NCBI GenBank assembly: GCA_035084275.1 | Contig: CM068753.1 | Location: forward strand, 12,648,001 to 12,712,000 | Reading direction: 5' to 3' | Length of the DNA stretch: 64,000 bases | From: Hydrolagus colliei | Lineage: Eukaryota | Part shown: positions 62,743 to 64,000 of the stretch, piece after piece | Layout: each line of letters opens with the position of its first letter | Numbering within the stretch: the stretch's first letter is position 1 | Position numbers and translations under genes: made by a program | The notes under the pieces: generated by a model | Database searches by the model: none | The model's input: the letters and a program-made list of their open reading frames with translations, nothing else | Told to the model about the DNA's origin: nothing

Positions 62743-63052
62743 GAGTCCTGTAGCTCAGTAGATAGAGCACTCGCCGTACAAGCGAGAGACCTGGGTTCAA
62801 CTCCTGGCAGGTCAGGGCGAAACCTTAGGCAAGTTTCCTTACTCCACACGCCTGATAATAATTCCCCCACAAAACACAATAATAAATTGGTCATTTCAAT
62901 CCACAATTGTTTGTGGGACACCGCTGTGCGCAATTGGCTGCTGCGTTTTGCCCACAAATCAATTAATTTTACAGTAAATTTTGTGAAGCGCTTTGAGACA
63001 TCTCGAAGACTTAAATCGCGCTGTATTAAATGCAAGGATTATTATTATTATT
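62743..63052 (+). mobile_element. Full-length SINE
   Basis: gagtcctgtagctcagtagatagagcac...gctgtgcgcaattggctgctgcg...aatgcaagg(att)n. Confidence 0.9.
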
Positions 63053-63524
63053 GTTAAATGATTTAAACAGGGCAGACTTACGTGAGTTTTACTGTATAGC
63101 AAGATGGGCCTTTTGTTTGGTTTTCCCACGTGAAAATCATTTTAAAAGTTACTCTCTTCCCACTCTTTCAGAAATCGGTGACTCATCTCGACGGACCCTG
63201 AGGCCAGATGTTGATCTCGCATTGCACCTTGCACATGCATGTGTTGCTCAAATGGCTGTCCTTGTCCTGAAACAACTCTTGGGATTCACAAACAAAGTCG
63301 ACAATGTATCTCAAAATATGTGACAAAGAATCCCAAACTCAAATGGATTTTTCTTGACCCCAAAATGGCAAACTTAAAAATTGTGTTTTATTTGTTTTTT
63401 TTTCAGTTTTTTGGTCTCATGCTTTTTAGATTATTCAATAATAATAAGAATAATAATTCTATTTGATACAGCACGTCTTCAAGATACTATACTATATACT
63501 ATATCAGATAGTGTCTCGCCCTAT

Positions 63525-63665
63525 AATGATAATAATGCTTGCATTTAATGAAGCGTTTTTTAGGCGCTTCTAGACGTCTCAAAGCGCTTCCCAGAATATA
63601 TTGTAAAGTGAATTGACTGTGTGCTTTGTGGGCGAAACGTGGCAGTCAATTGTGCACAGCAGTGT
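63525..63665 (-). mobile_element. SINE 3' fragment; another starts at ~63925 and runs off the window
   Basis: tagacgtctcaaagcgcttcccagaatatattgtaaagtgaattgactgt...caattgtgcacagcagtgtc. Confidence 0.82.
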
Positions 63666-64000
63666 CAAATGTTCTCTCTCTTTCTCCCGCTCCCTCCTTC
63701 CCTGTTACCATTCCCTCTCCCTCCCTACCCTAGTTGGTAGCCAATGATAGATGATCAGTTCCTGCACCTATGCTGTACTGCTTTGTAACTAGCCACTAGG
63801 AGGTGTACACGAGTGAGGTTAGAATGTCCCTAGATTCATCCCTTTGAGACACTGGAGAGTCTCCAGGCAGAGACCTCAGTGTCTCATGTTGTCTCGTCTA
63901 AGATCTTGATTTTCAATGATCCATAATAATAATAACAATAATAATCCTTGCATTTGATATAGTGCCTCATTACTTCTTCGAGATGTCTCAAAACGCTTCA

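Noticed and set aside
62743-62815. tRNA gene (also at 11531, 23897, 56280-56347, 60995-61063)
   Set aside because: The A/B boxes are SINE heads continuing into the shared SINE body and tail, without a proper acceptor stem.

Overview
Vertebrate genomic DNA, most likely a cartilaginous fish (chimaera/elephant shark-like; inferred from the repeat content). It holds the 3' ~two-thirds of FOXP1 on the + strand. Eleven constitutive coding exons can be read with GT-AG boundaries and consistent phases (Q-rich region, C2H2 zinc finger, leucine zipper, PLNLV CtBP motif, forkhead domain, VKEE SUMO motif, stop at 49162). A ~4 kb 3'UTR follows, ending at AATAAA 53149. The canonical helix-3 forkhead exon ('NAVRHNLSL...') is not readable: its acceptor and first two bases (tag|AA) abut a 148-N gap. 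Just downstream is an intact 170-nt alternative forkhead exon, missed by the ORF track, matching the mammalian pluripotency-specific FOXP1-ES exon 18b. It has MBNL-type YGCY clusters, an RBFOX site, a long AG-free zone and an encoded AT-hook-like RGRPRK motif. Introns and the 3' flank carry a young L2 LINE 3' end, many tRNA-headed Deu-domain SINEs sharing the L2 3' stem-loop, older SINEs, CR1 fragments and a hAT-Charlie-like MITE. Most ORF-track entries are spurious. Family names, human comparisons and literature links are from memory, not from searches.
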